A stretch of 64,000 nucleotides of DNA from Deinococcota bacterium (lineage in GTDB: Bacteria > Deinococcota > Deinococci > Deinococcales > Thermaceae), in contig JBGFRI010000045.1 in the NCBI GenBank assembly GCA_041695225.1, forward strand, positions 16,656 to 80,655, read 5' to 3'. The position numbers were made by a program, and so were the translations under genes. Positions 9,690-18,129 of the stretch are shown here, piece by piece. Numbering within the stretch: position 1 is the stretch's first letter; every line of letters begins with the position of its first letter. Below the pieces are notes generated by a model. That model saw only the letters and a list, made by a program, of their open reading frames with translations. It searched no databases and was not told where the DNA came from.

Positions 9690-11156
9690 ATGAGTACATC
9701 GTCGGTGCAGTCAGAGAAGAAGCTGGTTACCCTGATCCCAGGGGACGGGATAGGCCCCGAGTGCGTAAATGCTGCCCAGCAGATTGTCGAGGCGTCGGGG
9801 GCACTTGTGGCCTGGGAGGTGCGCCATGCAGGGGCAAGCGTATTCCGGCAAGGCATAGCCTCGGGCGTACCCCAGGAGACCATTGAGTCCATTCGCAAGA
9901 CCCGCGTGGTACTCAAGGGCCCCCTGGAGACGCCAGTCGGCTTTGGCGAGAAGAGCGCTAATGTCACCCTTCGCAAGCTATTCGAGACGTATGGCAACAT
10001 CCGGCCGGTGCGCGAGCTGCCAGGTGTGCCGACCCCATACAGTGGCCGGGGTATTGACCTGGTGGTGGTGCGCGAAAACGTAGAAGATCTGTACGCCGGT
10101 ATCGAGCATATGCAGACCCCCGGAGTGGCGCAGTGTCTAAAGCTGATCTCGTCCAAGGGCAGCGAGAAGATTGTTCGCCTGGCCTTCGAGCTGGCCATTG
10201 CCGAAGGGCGCAAGCGTGTTCACTGCGCGACCAAGTCTAACATCATGAAGCTTACCGAGGGCACTTTGAAGCGCACCTTTGAGAAGGTGAGCAAGGAGTA
10301 TCCCCAGATTGATGCGCAGCACATCATCATTGACAACTGCGCCCATCAGCTGGTGAAAAAGCCCGAGCAGTTCGATGTCATTGTGACCACCAACATGAAC
10401 GGCGATATCATCAGCGACCTGACCTCGGCCCTGGTGGGTGGGCTTGGCTTTGCTCCCTCGGCCAACATTGGCAACGAGGTAGCCATCTTCGAGGCGGTGC
10501 ATGGCTCGGCTCCGAAGTATGCTGGCAAAAACGTAATCAACCCGACTGCGGTGATTCTCTCGGCGGTGATGATGCTGCGTCACCTGGGCGAGTTCGAGGC
10601 CGCCGCCAGGATCGAGCACTCCATCCTGATTACCCTCGAGGAGGGCCAGGCACAGACGGGCGATGTGGTGGGCTACGAGCGTGGGGTTTCCACTACCGCC
10701 TTCACCCAGGCCGTTATCGCTAACCTTGGCCGGGTATCACAGCGCTACGCCGTGCGTTCGTACAAGCCAATAAGGCTTCCCGAAGTTCCCGCCGCCCCCG
10801 ACTTTGTAAAGCCCGGCAGCCGCCAGGTACTGGGTGTAGATGTCTTTCTGGAGTCGGCGCTCTGGCCTGAAGAGCTCGGGAAGAGCCTCGAGCAGATCTC
10901 CGAGGGAACACCCCTCAAGCTCAAGATGATCTCCAACCGCGGAACCAAGGTCTACCCTGCCACCGGCGCAATTACCGACTGTGTGGATCACTGGCGCTGC
11001 CGCTTTATTGCCCGCCAGCCCGAGGCCGACCTGCCCGACTCGGCCATTTTCGACCTTCTGCAAAGAATTGCTGCCCAGCACCGCTGGATGCACACCGAAA
11101 AGCTACAGCAGTTTGATGGTGAGGCTGGTTTCACCCTTGCGCAGGGCGAGGATTGA
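9690..11156 (+). CDS. icd: Isocitrate dehydrogenase (NADP, Thermus type with C-terminal extension)
   Basis: IPGDGIGPE, KGPLETP, SANVTLRK, RENVEDLYAGIEH, NMNGDIISD, FEAVHGSAP, KMISNRG. Confidence 0.96.
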   Translation: MSTSSVQSEKKLVTLIPGDGIGPECVNAAQQIVEASGALVAWEVRHAGASVFRQGIASGVPQETIESIRKTRVVLKGPLETPVGFGEKSANVTLRKLFETYGNIRPVRELPGVPTPYSGRGIDLVVVRENVEDLYAGIEHMQTPGVAQCLKLISSKGSEKIVRLAFELAIAEGRKRVHCATKSNIMKLTEGTLKRTFEKVSKEYPQIDAQHIIIDNCAHQLVKKPEQFDVIVTTNMNGDIISDLTSALVGGLGFAPSANIGNEVAIFEAVHGSAPKYAGKNVINPTAVILSAVMMLRHLGEFEAAARIEHSILITLEEGQAQTGDVVGYERGVSTTAFTQAVIANLGRVSQRYAVRSYKPIRLPEVPAAPDFVKPGSRQVLGVDVFLESALWPEELGKSLEQISEGTPLKLKMISNRGTKVYPATGAITDCVDHWRCRFIARQPEADLPDSAIFDLLQRIAAQHRWMHTEKLQQFDGEAGFTLAQGED

Positions 11157-11207
11157 TTCCATCCCGCCCCTGCCATTGGGGTCTGAACCACCCCTCCTGA
11201 GCAAACA

Positions 11208-11231
11208 GATGCCGCCCGTACGGGCGGCATC
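11208..11231 (+). terminator. GC-rich hairpin after icd
   Basis: GATGCCGCCC-GTAC-GGGCGGCATC perfect palindrome; weak U tract. Confidence 0.6.
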
Positions 11232-11293
11232 GTTGTATAGAGCGTTAAAAAACATGGCATCTAGCTGGCTTAATTTGGGTGTGCGCGACACCT

Positions 11294-11321
11294 TTGTCCT
11301 GGTAGTGCGGACTGCTATACT
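11294..11321 (+). promoter_or_regulatory. Probable extended -10 promoter for the DUF2946-nosD operon
   Basis: TTGTCC (11294-11299) and TGcTATACT (11313-11321). Confidence 0.55.
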
Positions 11322-11473
11322 TCTGTCTAACATGCCACGGGACATTTCTTTCACCCGGTCTGGCTGGTGGTCACCAGCCGCTTTTCTTCGCACCTGGCGG
11401 CAGCCCTTGTGTCCGGCATAAAGACCTGTGCGAGCATGGAGACGCTAACGGGATAGCGGGTAAAGGGGGAAAT

Positions 11474-11848
11474 ATGCCCATGGAATACCGCGGCAAAAAC
11501 CTGGTCTGGGCTTTGCTTCTGGCTGGGCTGGTATTCCTGGTTTCTACCCAGTATGTCTTGCGCGACCCGCGCACCATGCTGCTACCACAGGGCTTGGCTG
11601 GTCTGGATGTCTGCCGGGTGCATCTGGGTGGCCCAAACTCCTCCCATCACTCCAGTTCGCCCCATCAGCCCCAGCCCCACTGCCCGCTCTGCCTGGCCCC
11701 GAGCTTTAGCGATGGGCAGGTGAGACTGGCCGTACAAGCCCCCCAGCCCGTGCTAAAGCCAGTGAGCTGGCGGGCTGCTGCTTGCATTGAAAACCTCCGG
11801 TTTCAGCCCAGCTTCCCCCTTTTGAGCCGGGGCCCACCGCAAATTTAG
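11474..11848 (+). CDS. DUF2946-like protein / candidate Cu-sensing ribosome-arrest leader (CruR/CutF-like)
   Basis: N-terminal hydrophobic segment, His-rich stretch, HCPLC motif and C-terminal SRGPP. Confidence 0.8.
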   Translation: MPMEYRGKNLVWALLLAGLVFLVSTQYVLRDPRTMLLPQGLAGLDVCRVHLGGPNSSHHSSSPHQPQPHCPLCLAPSFSDGQVRLAVQAPQPVLKPVSWRAAACIENLRFQPSFPLLSRGPPQI

Positions 11849-11910
11849 CCTGAGCGCTGTCCTGGCAGCCCCCGGTCTGGTCGGCTGTCGCCTGGCGTCG
11901 GTTAGGGTAT

Positions 11911-13131
11911 TTGCTGGCCCTGGAGGTTTTAGGCGTGTTGATTCTGTATCCACCACAACCACTTCCCGAGTTAAGCCCCGGCCAGACCGTGGTTTTAGCG
12001 GCTGGTCAACACCAGGGGCCCTGGGTTATCGCCACCCCGGGGATAAGGCTTTTGGCCCGGCCCGGTGCTGTGCTGGATGGTGGGGGTAAGGGAAGCGCCC
12101 TGACCCTGATGGCGCCAGAGATCACGGTGGAGGGGCTAGAAGTGCAAAACGTGGGCCCGAACGACGATTTCTTCGAACCAGACGCTGCTGTCACACTGCT
12201 CGGTTGCTCGCGGTGTGTGATCAGCAATTTAAGGGCAGAAGGGGTAACGGCGGGGATTCGTTTAGAGGGCTCGCACGATACAAGAATCTCTGGGGCGCAG
12301 CTTTCTGGCCTTGGCACTGCTCCTGGCCTACTTACCTTTCGCAGCGACCGGGTAACCCTGCACAACAACCGGGTCACGGGCTTTCTGGACAACCTGTATG
12401 TGGAGTTCGGCGAAGGGGTGGTAATAAAGGGCAACCAGGTGACCGGGGCAGAGCGCTACGGGTTGCACCTGATGTTTACCTTTGGGGCCCGGGTGGTGGG
12501 CAACCAGGCCCAGCGCAACCGGGTGGGCTCGGCTATCATGCACGGGGCAGAGAACCGGGTAGAAGGCAACACCTTCTCTGGGGAGGTGGGTCCGCTGCGC
12601 TACGGCCTGTTGCTGCAAGAGGAGTGGCAGACCCATGTAGAGGGAAACCTCTTTGTCGGTAACACCCTGGGACTGGCCTCGCTGGACTCGAGGGATACGC
12701 TCTTGAAAGCCAACCGATTTGAGGGCAACGGAACCGCCCTGCTCTTTGCCCGCGACGCCGACCTGAACACCCTGGTGGCGACACAAAACACCTTTGTGGG
12801 CAACCTGCACGACCTGGCAGTGGACGACCCCCAGGCCAGGGTGCTGCTGCAAGGCAACGCTTTTGACCGGGCCAGCCCTCTGCCCATTCCCCACCTGCCC
12901 AGCAGCAGCTTTGCCCTGCTAGCTGCCCGCCAGCCCGCTCTGAGCGTGTTCGCGCTATCCCCAGCCATGCTGCTGTGGGAAGGTGCCGAGGCCCAGGTAC
13001 CGGGACTAAGGCTATTAGCCCTGGCTGACCAGGAGGCCCGCCCAGCCCCTCAGGACAGGCCGGCTCTGGCGTTACCCTTGCTGGTTGTGGCCCTGCTGAC
13101 CACAGTGGGAGGGTTATGGTTGAGGTGGTAG
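11911..13131 (+). CDS. nosD: NosD-family beta-helix protein with C-terminal membrane anchor (start uncertain: TTG 11911 or GTG 11935)
   Basis: AVLDGGGKGS, RYGLHLMF, NRVGSAIM, Asn-rich beta-helix repeats, hydrophobic C-terminus. Confidence 0.8.
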   Translation: MLALEVLGVLILYPPQPLPELSPGQTVVLAAGQHQGPWVIATPGIRLLARPGAVLDGGGKGSALTLMAPEITVEGLEVQNVGPNDDFFEPDAAVTLLGCSRCVISNLRAEGVTAGIRLEGSHDTRISGAQLSGLGTAPGLLTFRSDRVTLHNNRVTGFLDNLYVEFGEGVVIKGNQVTGAERYGLHLMFTFGARVVGNQAQRNRVGSAIMHGAENRVEGNTFSGEVGPLRYGLLLQEEWQTHVEGNLFVGNTLGLASLDSRDTLLKANRFEGNGTALLFARDADLNTLVATQNTFVGNLHDLAVDDPQARVLLQGNAFDRASPLPIPHLPSSSFALLAARQPALSVFALSPAMLLWEGAEAQVPGLRLLALADQEARPAPQDRPALALPLLVVALLTTVGGLWLRW

Positions 13132-13760
13132 AGGTTCACAAGCGGGGCCGTCTGGAAGGGGTGAGCCTTAGTCTGAGGGAGGGCAGCCTGGCCCTGATTG
13201 GGCCAAACGGGGCGGGCAAAAGCACCCTGCTGGGTCTTTTGGCTGGTCGCATCCGGGCCGACAGGGGAGAGGTGCGGCTTTATGGGCACCACCCCAGGAG
13301 CATAAGAGCGGCCCGCCACCGGGCCTACATTCCACAGCAGCTGGCCTTCCCTGCTACCTTGCGGGTATCGGAGATACTGTGGGCTGCCCAGAAGCTAAAG
13401 GGCGCCAGCCGCCAGGACCAACAAGAGGCCATTGAACGGATGGACCTGCAGACGCGCATGCACCAGCCGGTTTCACTGCTGTCGGTGGGCTGGAAACAGC
13501 GCCTGGCCCTGGCGGCAGGGCTGATGGGTAGGCCCGGGCTCTGGCTGTTGGACGAGCCAGCGGCAGCGCTGGATAGCGATGGGCTGGAACGCCTGCGAGA
13601 CTGGATTGTGGCACATCTGCAAATGGGCGGGCTGGCAGTTTTGTCTGCTCACCGGCAAGAAGAAATCTTTTCCCTGGCCAGCCGTTATCTGCACCTGGAA
13701 AATGGCCGGGTGATTAGCGAGAGATTTTTGGGAGACTCCGATGCAAAAAGACCGTCGTGA
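13116..13760 (+). CDS. ABC transporter ATP-binding protein (NosF-like)
   Basis: GPNGAGKST, LSVGWKQR, LLDEP, H-loop SAH; overlaps the nosD end. Confidence 0.9.
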   Translation: MVEVVEVHKRGRLEGVSLSLREGSLALIGPNGAGKSTLLGLLAGRIRADRGEVRLYGHHPRSIRAARHRAYIPQQLAFPATLRVSEILWAAQKLKGASRQDQQEAIERMDLQTRMHQPVSLLSVGWKQRLALAAGLMGRPGLWLLDEPAAALDSDGLERLRDWIVAHLQMGGLAVLSAHRQEEIFSLASRYLHLENGRVISERFLGDSDAKRPS

Positions 13761-14421
13761 AACAATTAAACTGCTCTCGGCCCTGGGCCTTGGGGCTGCT
13801 CTTAGCCCGGTGCTGGCGCAGCACCAGCACCACCACCATCATCAGCCGCCAGCCCCGCCCAGCCCTGCTCCGACTGGCCTCGAGACCATCCCCCCCCGGG
13901 CCATCCCCTGGGAGCGGGGTAGCTGTGCATTTTGCGAGATGCCGCTGGCAACCCCTGCCCCCGGGGTCTGGCGCGGGCGCACCTTTAGCCCGGGCTTTTT
14001 TGAGCAGACCTATGCCCAGGTCGCGCTTAGAGAGGCCGTCCAGGGTAGGGAAGCCCTGCACTTCGAGTCTGTCGCCTGCATGGTTAACTATGCCTACGTC
14101 CACGGTCAGCGCGACGGGGTGGGCAGTACGTTCTACGTTACCGACCGGGCTGCTTTCGACCCCACTTTGGGCCCGGCTGCGGTTAGGCTGCTGCCGGCCC
14201 GCCAGGCAGTCTACCTCTGGGCCGAGCGGCGCGGCTGGCTGGTGATGGACTCCAGAGTGGCAGCTTTCCGTAACCCCGAGGCTGCCGCGGCCTTTGCCCG
14301 CACCATCCCCGATCTGGGCCGTACCCGTATCCTGGACTGGCAGACCCTGGCAGACCTGGCCCCCCTGCACTCGATGAACCTGGTGCCTTTGCTGGCCAGA
14401 CACGCCGGGCTGCTACATTAG
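13741..14421 (+). CDS. NosL-family Cu chaperone with Tat signal and His tract
   Basis: RRETIK Tat-like motif, HQHHHHHQ, CAFCEM, FESVACM, VAAF...AAAFA. Confidence 0.75.
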   Translation: MQKDRRETIKLLSALGLGAALSPVLAQHQHHHHHQPPAPPSPAPTGLETIPPRAIPWERGSCAFCEMPLATPAPGVWRGRTFSPGFFEQTYAQVALREAVQGREALHFESVACMVNYAYVHGQRDGVGSTFYVTDRAAFDPTLGPAAVRLLPARQAVYLWAERRGWLVMDSRVAAFRNPEAAAAFARTIPDLGRTRILDWQTLADLAPLHSMNLVPLLARHAGLLH

Positions 14422-14486
14422 TAACCTGAGTACTGCCCTCTGGTCTGAGAGCCTTTTCTCGGGCCAGAGGCCCCAGAGGAAGAGTA

Positions 14487-14978
14487 ATGAAACGCCGGAG
14501 TCTCTTAAAAGTGCTCTTTGCCCTCCCGTTTGGGCTGGCCCTGGCCGCCCCCAGGGCGCTGCGGGTTGGTGTGGATGTCTGTCCGTTCTGCAACATGACC
14601 ATCCTGGATGCCCGCTTTGCCGCTCAGATGATAACCACCACTGGCAGGGTGTTCAACTACGACGATGTGGGCTGCCTGCTCGACCACCAGCAGAGCCGCG
14701 GCGGCCCCAGGGTTAGTCCTGCCGAGCAATTCGTGGCCGATTTTGCCGCCTCCGATAGAACTACCCCACGCTTTCTGGTAGCAGGCCAGGCCCGATTCTT
14801 ATTCAACGAGCGCATCCGCACCCCCATGGGCGTGGGGCTGCTGGCCTTTGGCCGGGCAGAAGACCTCGAGGCTTACCTGCGGCAGCGTCCTCAGTTTGCC
14901 GACGCACAGCGGCTAAACTGGAGCGACCTGTTGCGCCTGGGGCGGCAGCGGGCCTGGATAGGGGGGCACGGGCGATAA
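14487..14978 (+). CDS. nosL: NosL-family Cu chaperone with Tat signal
   Basis: KRRSLLK, CPFCNMTI, YDDVGCL, RTPMGVGLLAF. Confidence 0.85.
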   Translation: MKRRSLLKVLFALPFGLALAAPRALRVGVDVCPFCNMTILDARFAAQMITTTGRVFNYDDVGCLLDHQQSRGGPRVSPAEQFVADFAASDRTTPRFLVAGQARFLFNERIRTPMGVGLLAFGRAEDLEAYLRQRPQFADAQRLNWSDLLRLGRQRAWIGGHGR

Positions 14979-14980
14979 CC

Positions 14981-15736
14981 ATGGCTGCCCTGTTTATGCT
15001 GTACGCCAGGGCCTTGCTGCGCAACCCCTGGGCTTTTGTCCCGGTTGTTTTGCTGCCCCTGCTGGCCCTGGGTTTTGCCGGCCGGGGCGAGGCGGTTGCG
15101 GTGGTCTCGTTGTACGCTACCCTGGCCCTGCTATTGCCGCCGTTTGTGCTGGCCCTGACCACACCCCTGCTGGCGGCACGGGAGGACTGGGCTTTCTGGG
15201 CAGGGATGCCCCGCCCCCCTGCACTGCTATATCTGGCTGGGGTGTTTGGGCTGGGGCTGGGGCTTTTGCTGCCCCTGCTGGGCGGGCTGGCCCTGGCTGC
15301 GGCTCTGCTGGGCCTTTCTGGGCTGTCGGCTGGGCTTTTGCTCTTGAGCGGGCTGGGTCTATTATGGTTCTGGGTGGCGGTGGCGGGCTGGGCCGGGGCG
15401 GGCCTCGAGCCCTCCCGGGCGCTGGGCCTGGGTCTGGCAGTCTGGGCGCTGCTGGTGCTGGCCTATAGCCCCTTGCTGGTGGCCCTGGCGGTAGCCCTGC
15501 GCGACTACCCTCTGGAGGGGCTTTTGCTTACGGCAGTGCTGCTAAACCCGGTGGAGCTGTTTCGCGTGGGCCTGCTCGAGGCCCTGGCGGCCCCGGTGCT
15601 GGTGGGGCCGACGGGTTTTTTGCTCAAGGAGCGGCTGGGGTATGCTGGTGGCCTGCTGCCAGTAGGGGTGGGCATAGCGGCGGTGGTGCTGGGCCTGTCT
15701 GGCGCAGCCTGGCGCTTTAGCAGGCGAGACCGATGA
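14981..15736 (+). CDS. ABC transporter permease (NosY-like)
   Basis: Highly hydrophobic; LLNPVELFR motif typical of NosY. Confidence 0.75.
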   Translation: MAALFMLYARALLRNPWAFVPVVLLPLLALGFAGRGEAVAVVSLYATLALLLPPFVLALTTPLLAAREDWAFWAGMPRPPALLYLAGVFGLGLGLLLPLLGGLALAAALLGLSGLSAGLLLLSGLGLLWFWVAVAGWAGAGLEPSRALGLGLAVWALLVLAYSPLLVALAVALRDYPLEGLLLTAVLLNPVELFRVGLLEALAAPVLVGPTGFLLKERLGYAGGLLPVGVGIAAVVLGLSGAAWRFSRRDR

Positions 15737-16182
15737 GAGGTAAAATGAGACTTTTTTTCTGGTTACTACCCTTGCTGGGCCTGGCACTGGCCCAGCCCAG
15801 CCTGCAACTACACGAGGGCTGGGTGCGGCGGCTGCCGGGTAACATTACTGCCGCCTACATGGTGCTGGTTAACCCTGGCCCCCATCCGGTACGTATTCTC
15901 TCGGTCTCTACTCCAATCGCAACCAGGGTGGAGTTTCATCAGACAACTAAGGCAGGGGGGCGGGATAACCTGCTAGACCTTTCCACCATGCGCCGGGTAG
16001 AGTTTCTGGAGGTACCTGCCAGGGGCCGCCTGGAAATTTTACCGGGCGGGTTTCACCTGATGCTTTACGGGCTGCGTGAAAAGCGTCGTCAGCCTTTGCG
16101 TGAAGGCGAGATGGTAGAGTTTACCCTGCACCTGTCGGGGGGAGGCCGGATCAGGCTTAGCCTCCCCGCGCAGATGCGCTAG
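15733..16182 (+). CDS. Copper chaperone PCu(A)C
   Basis: Signal peptide, WVR, TAAYMVL, EFH...M...PGGFHLML Cu motif. Confidence 0.92.
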   Translation: MRGKMRLFFWLLPLLGLALAQPSLQLHEGWVRRLPGNITAAYMVLVNPGPHPVRILSVSTPIATRVEFHQTTKAGGRDNLLDLSTMRRVEFLEVPARGRLEILPGGFHLMLYGLREKRRQPLREGEMVEFTLHLSGGGRIRLSLPAQMR

Positions 16183-16192
16183 TCGGCCAGGC

Positions 16193-16221
16193 TTTACATT
16201 CATATCCCTGGGGGGTATAAT
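16193..16221 (+). promoter_or_regulatory. Sigma70 promoter with CsoR/CstR-type operator
   Basis: TTTACA (16193-16198), 17-bp spacer, TATAAT (16216-16221). ATATCCCTGGGGGGTAT (16202-16218) is the reverse complement of the 5435 site with one mismatch. Confidence 0.85.
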
Positions 16222-16242
16222 ACCGCTGGAGCCTGTTGAGTC

Positions 16243-16761
16243 ATGCACAAGATGCTCGGTTGGAACTATACTCGGCGAATGCAAGGTTTTTTTGCTTTTG
16301 CACAGCGCCTGCGTGTTTTTCTGGCCTGCCGGGTGAGTGGTTTTTCGCCGTGCCGGCTGATGCCCTGGCTGGTGGCGGGGCTGGCTGCGCTACTGCTAAG
16401 TAGCTGTGGGGGCGCAGCGGGTTTCAAGAATGTAAGCGTGCAGGAGCTTTATGCTGCCAGCGAGACCGACCGGATTGTTCTGGACGTGCGGGAGCCGTTT
16501 GAATTTGCTGCCGGGCACGTGCCCGGCTCACTGCTGATTCCGCTGGGGCAGCTCTCCGCCCAGGCCGGACAGCTACCCAAAGACGCACCGGTATACGTAA
16601 TTTGTCGCAGCGGCAACCGCTCGGTTACTGCCAGCAACATCCTGGCTGAGATGGGTTTTACCGATGTCCGCAATGTTAGAGGCGGCATTCTGGCCTGGCA
16701 GGCTGCTGGCTACCCGACTCTGCTGGGCGGGTCACGTTACCCGATTCCGGCCCGACCATAA
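16243..16761 (+). CDS. Rhodanese-domain lipoprotein (true start may be further downstream)
   Basis: LLLSSC lipobox-like motif, LDVREPFE, ICRSGNRS, GGILAW. Confidence 0.85.
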   Translation: MHKMLGWNYTRRMQGFFAFAQRLRVFLACRVSGFSPCRLMPWLVAGLAALLLSSCGGAAGFKNVSVQELYAASETDRIVLDVREPFEFAAGHVPGSLLIPLGQLSAQAGQLPKDAPVYVICRSGNRSVTASNILAEMGFTDVRNVRGGILAWQAAGYPTLLGGSRYPIPARP

Positions 16762-16766
16762 CCCGT

Positions 16767-17576
16767 ATGAGCATAACTCCAGACGCCTTACTACTGGGAC
16801 CTCTGGCCCTGAGCTGGCCCAACCTGGCCCTGTTGTTGGGCATTCTGACGTTTATCAGCCTGGCTGCCAGGCAGGGCCTGGAAAGCAAGGGATGGTGGGT
16901 TTTACTGGCCACACTACTGGCAGCCCGGCTGGGCTTTGCGCTGGATCACTCAGGGGCCTGGCCCAGCCTGGGTGCGGCGCTGCTGGGCATAGTGGATATT
17001 CGCACTGGGGGCTGGAACTGGCTCTGGGGGTTGCTGGGCGGGCTGGCTCTGGCGGCGGTGGTGCTACGTCAAAAAGCTACCGCGCTGCTGGTGCCTGCAG
17101 CGCTGAGTCTGCTGGTGGCACTGGTTCCGCTGGGCATACAGCAAAGCCTGTCCCGGCCGGCAGATGTCCGGCAGGGTCTGGAAGGTGCGGTGCTGGCCCA
17201 GCTAACAAAGGGTCAGTCGGAGCTTGGTGAGGTTTACTGGAAAGACCTGCCAAAGCCAATGCTGGTTAGCCTCTGGGCTACCTGGTGTGCTAGCTGTCGC
17301 ACCCATATGCCCCTACTGGTCGAGTACCAGGCCAGGGGTTACCCCATCGTGCTGCTCAATCTGGGCGAGCAGGCCGAGGTCATTGCGGCATACCTGCAAG
17401 AAAACCGCCTGGCGGCGCAGATAACACTGGATACGGCTAATTTGCATGACGCCTTCCAGGTTGCAGGTCTGCCCACTACCCTGCTAATTGGCCCCGGCGG
17501 AGAGGTTCTGGCCCGCCAGATGGGGCCACTCAACCGCGCCCAGCTCGAACAGCTTCTACACCAGCTTCAGCAGTAG
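16767..17576 (+). CDS. Membrane-anchored TlpA-family thiol-disulfide oxidoreductase with Lgt-like N-terminal region
   Basis: LAARLGF..H and DIRTGG membrane region; SLWATWCASC; GLPTT. Confidence 0.85.
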   Translation: MSITPDALLLGPLALSWPNLALLLGILTFISLAARQGLESKGWWVLLATLLAARLGFALDHSGAWPSLGAALLGIVDIRTGGWNWLWGLLGGLALAAVVLRQKATALLVPAALSLLVALVPLGIQQSLSRPADVRQGLEGAVLAQLTKGQSELGEVYWKDLPKPMLVSLWATWCASCRTHMPLLVEYQARGYPIVLLNLGEQAEVIAAYLQENRLAAQITLDTANLHDAFQVAGLPTTLLIGPGGEVLARQMGPLNRAQLEQLLHQLQQ

Positions 17577-17622
17577 AATACGTCTGGGTAGTTGCTTACC
17601 CTTCAGTGCACCGAGGTGAGTT

Positions 17623-17910
17623 TTGCAGACAGACAATTTGCTCGAATCCCAGGCCCGAGACGAGGCCCGCACCCGAATAAAAAACCGCTTGAAGCGGCTG
17701 GAGGGCCAGGTACGGGGCCTGCAAAAAATGGTGGACGAAGACCGTGAGTGCCGTGACATTCTAACCCTGTTGTCGGGAGTGCGCAGCGCACTCGAGGCCA
17801 CCGGAGATCTGATCTTTGAGGCCTACCTGGAGGAATGCCGCGCAGACCTGGTCAAAGGCAAGGGCGATACCAAGGCTATTGTGGAAACCCTGCGGCTTTT
17901 ACGGCGCTGA
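17623..17910 (+). CDS. CsoR/RcnR-family repressor, CstR-like (x-C-Y-C fingerprint)
   Basis: NRLKRLEGQVRGLQKMV..DRECRDIL...EAYLEEC; Tyr stands where Cu-sensing CsoR has His. Confidence 0.9.
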   Translation: MQTDNLLESQARDEARTRIKNRLKRLEGQVRGLQKMVDEDRECRDILTLLSGVRSALEATGDLIFEAYLEECRADLVKGKGDTKAIVETLRLLRR

Positions 17911-18129
17911 TAGCTTTTTCAACCTGGCACAGGCTAGTATGTTGTCGTAGCGGAGTTGTCCGGGTCAGGGTCAGCGGAAAACAATGTAGCTTCCAGGCCG
18001 GTATGGCTATGCATAGAGCACCGGTTACTGCCAGGGGGTCAAAGTCCGACGAATAACTCCAGGAGGGTATAAACCCAACTTGACTGACTGGAATGGTCTG
18101 GCCTTGCTTCCTCTTCCACTATAACTTCG

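Noticed and set aside
17623..17910. Calling the repressor a Cu-sensing CsoR because of the adjacent Cu genes
   Set aside because: The Cu-ligand His is replaced by Tyr, and the operators lie at rhodanese promoters rather than at the Cu operon.
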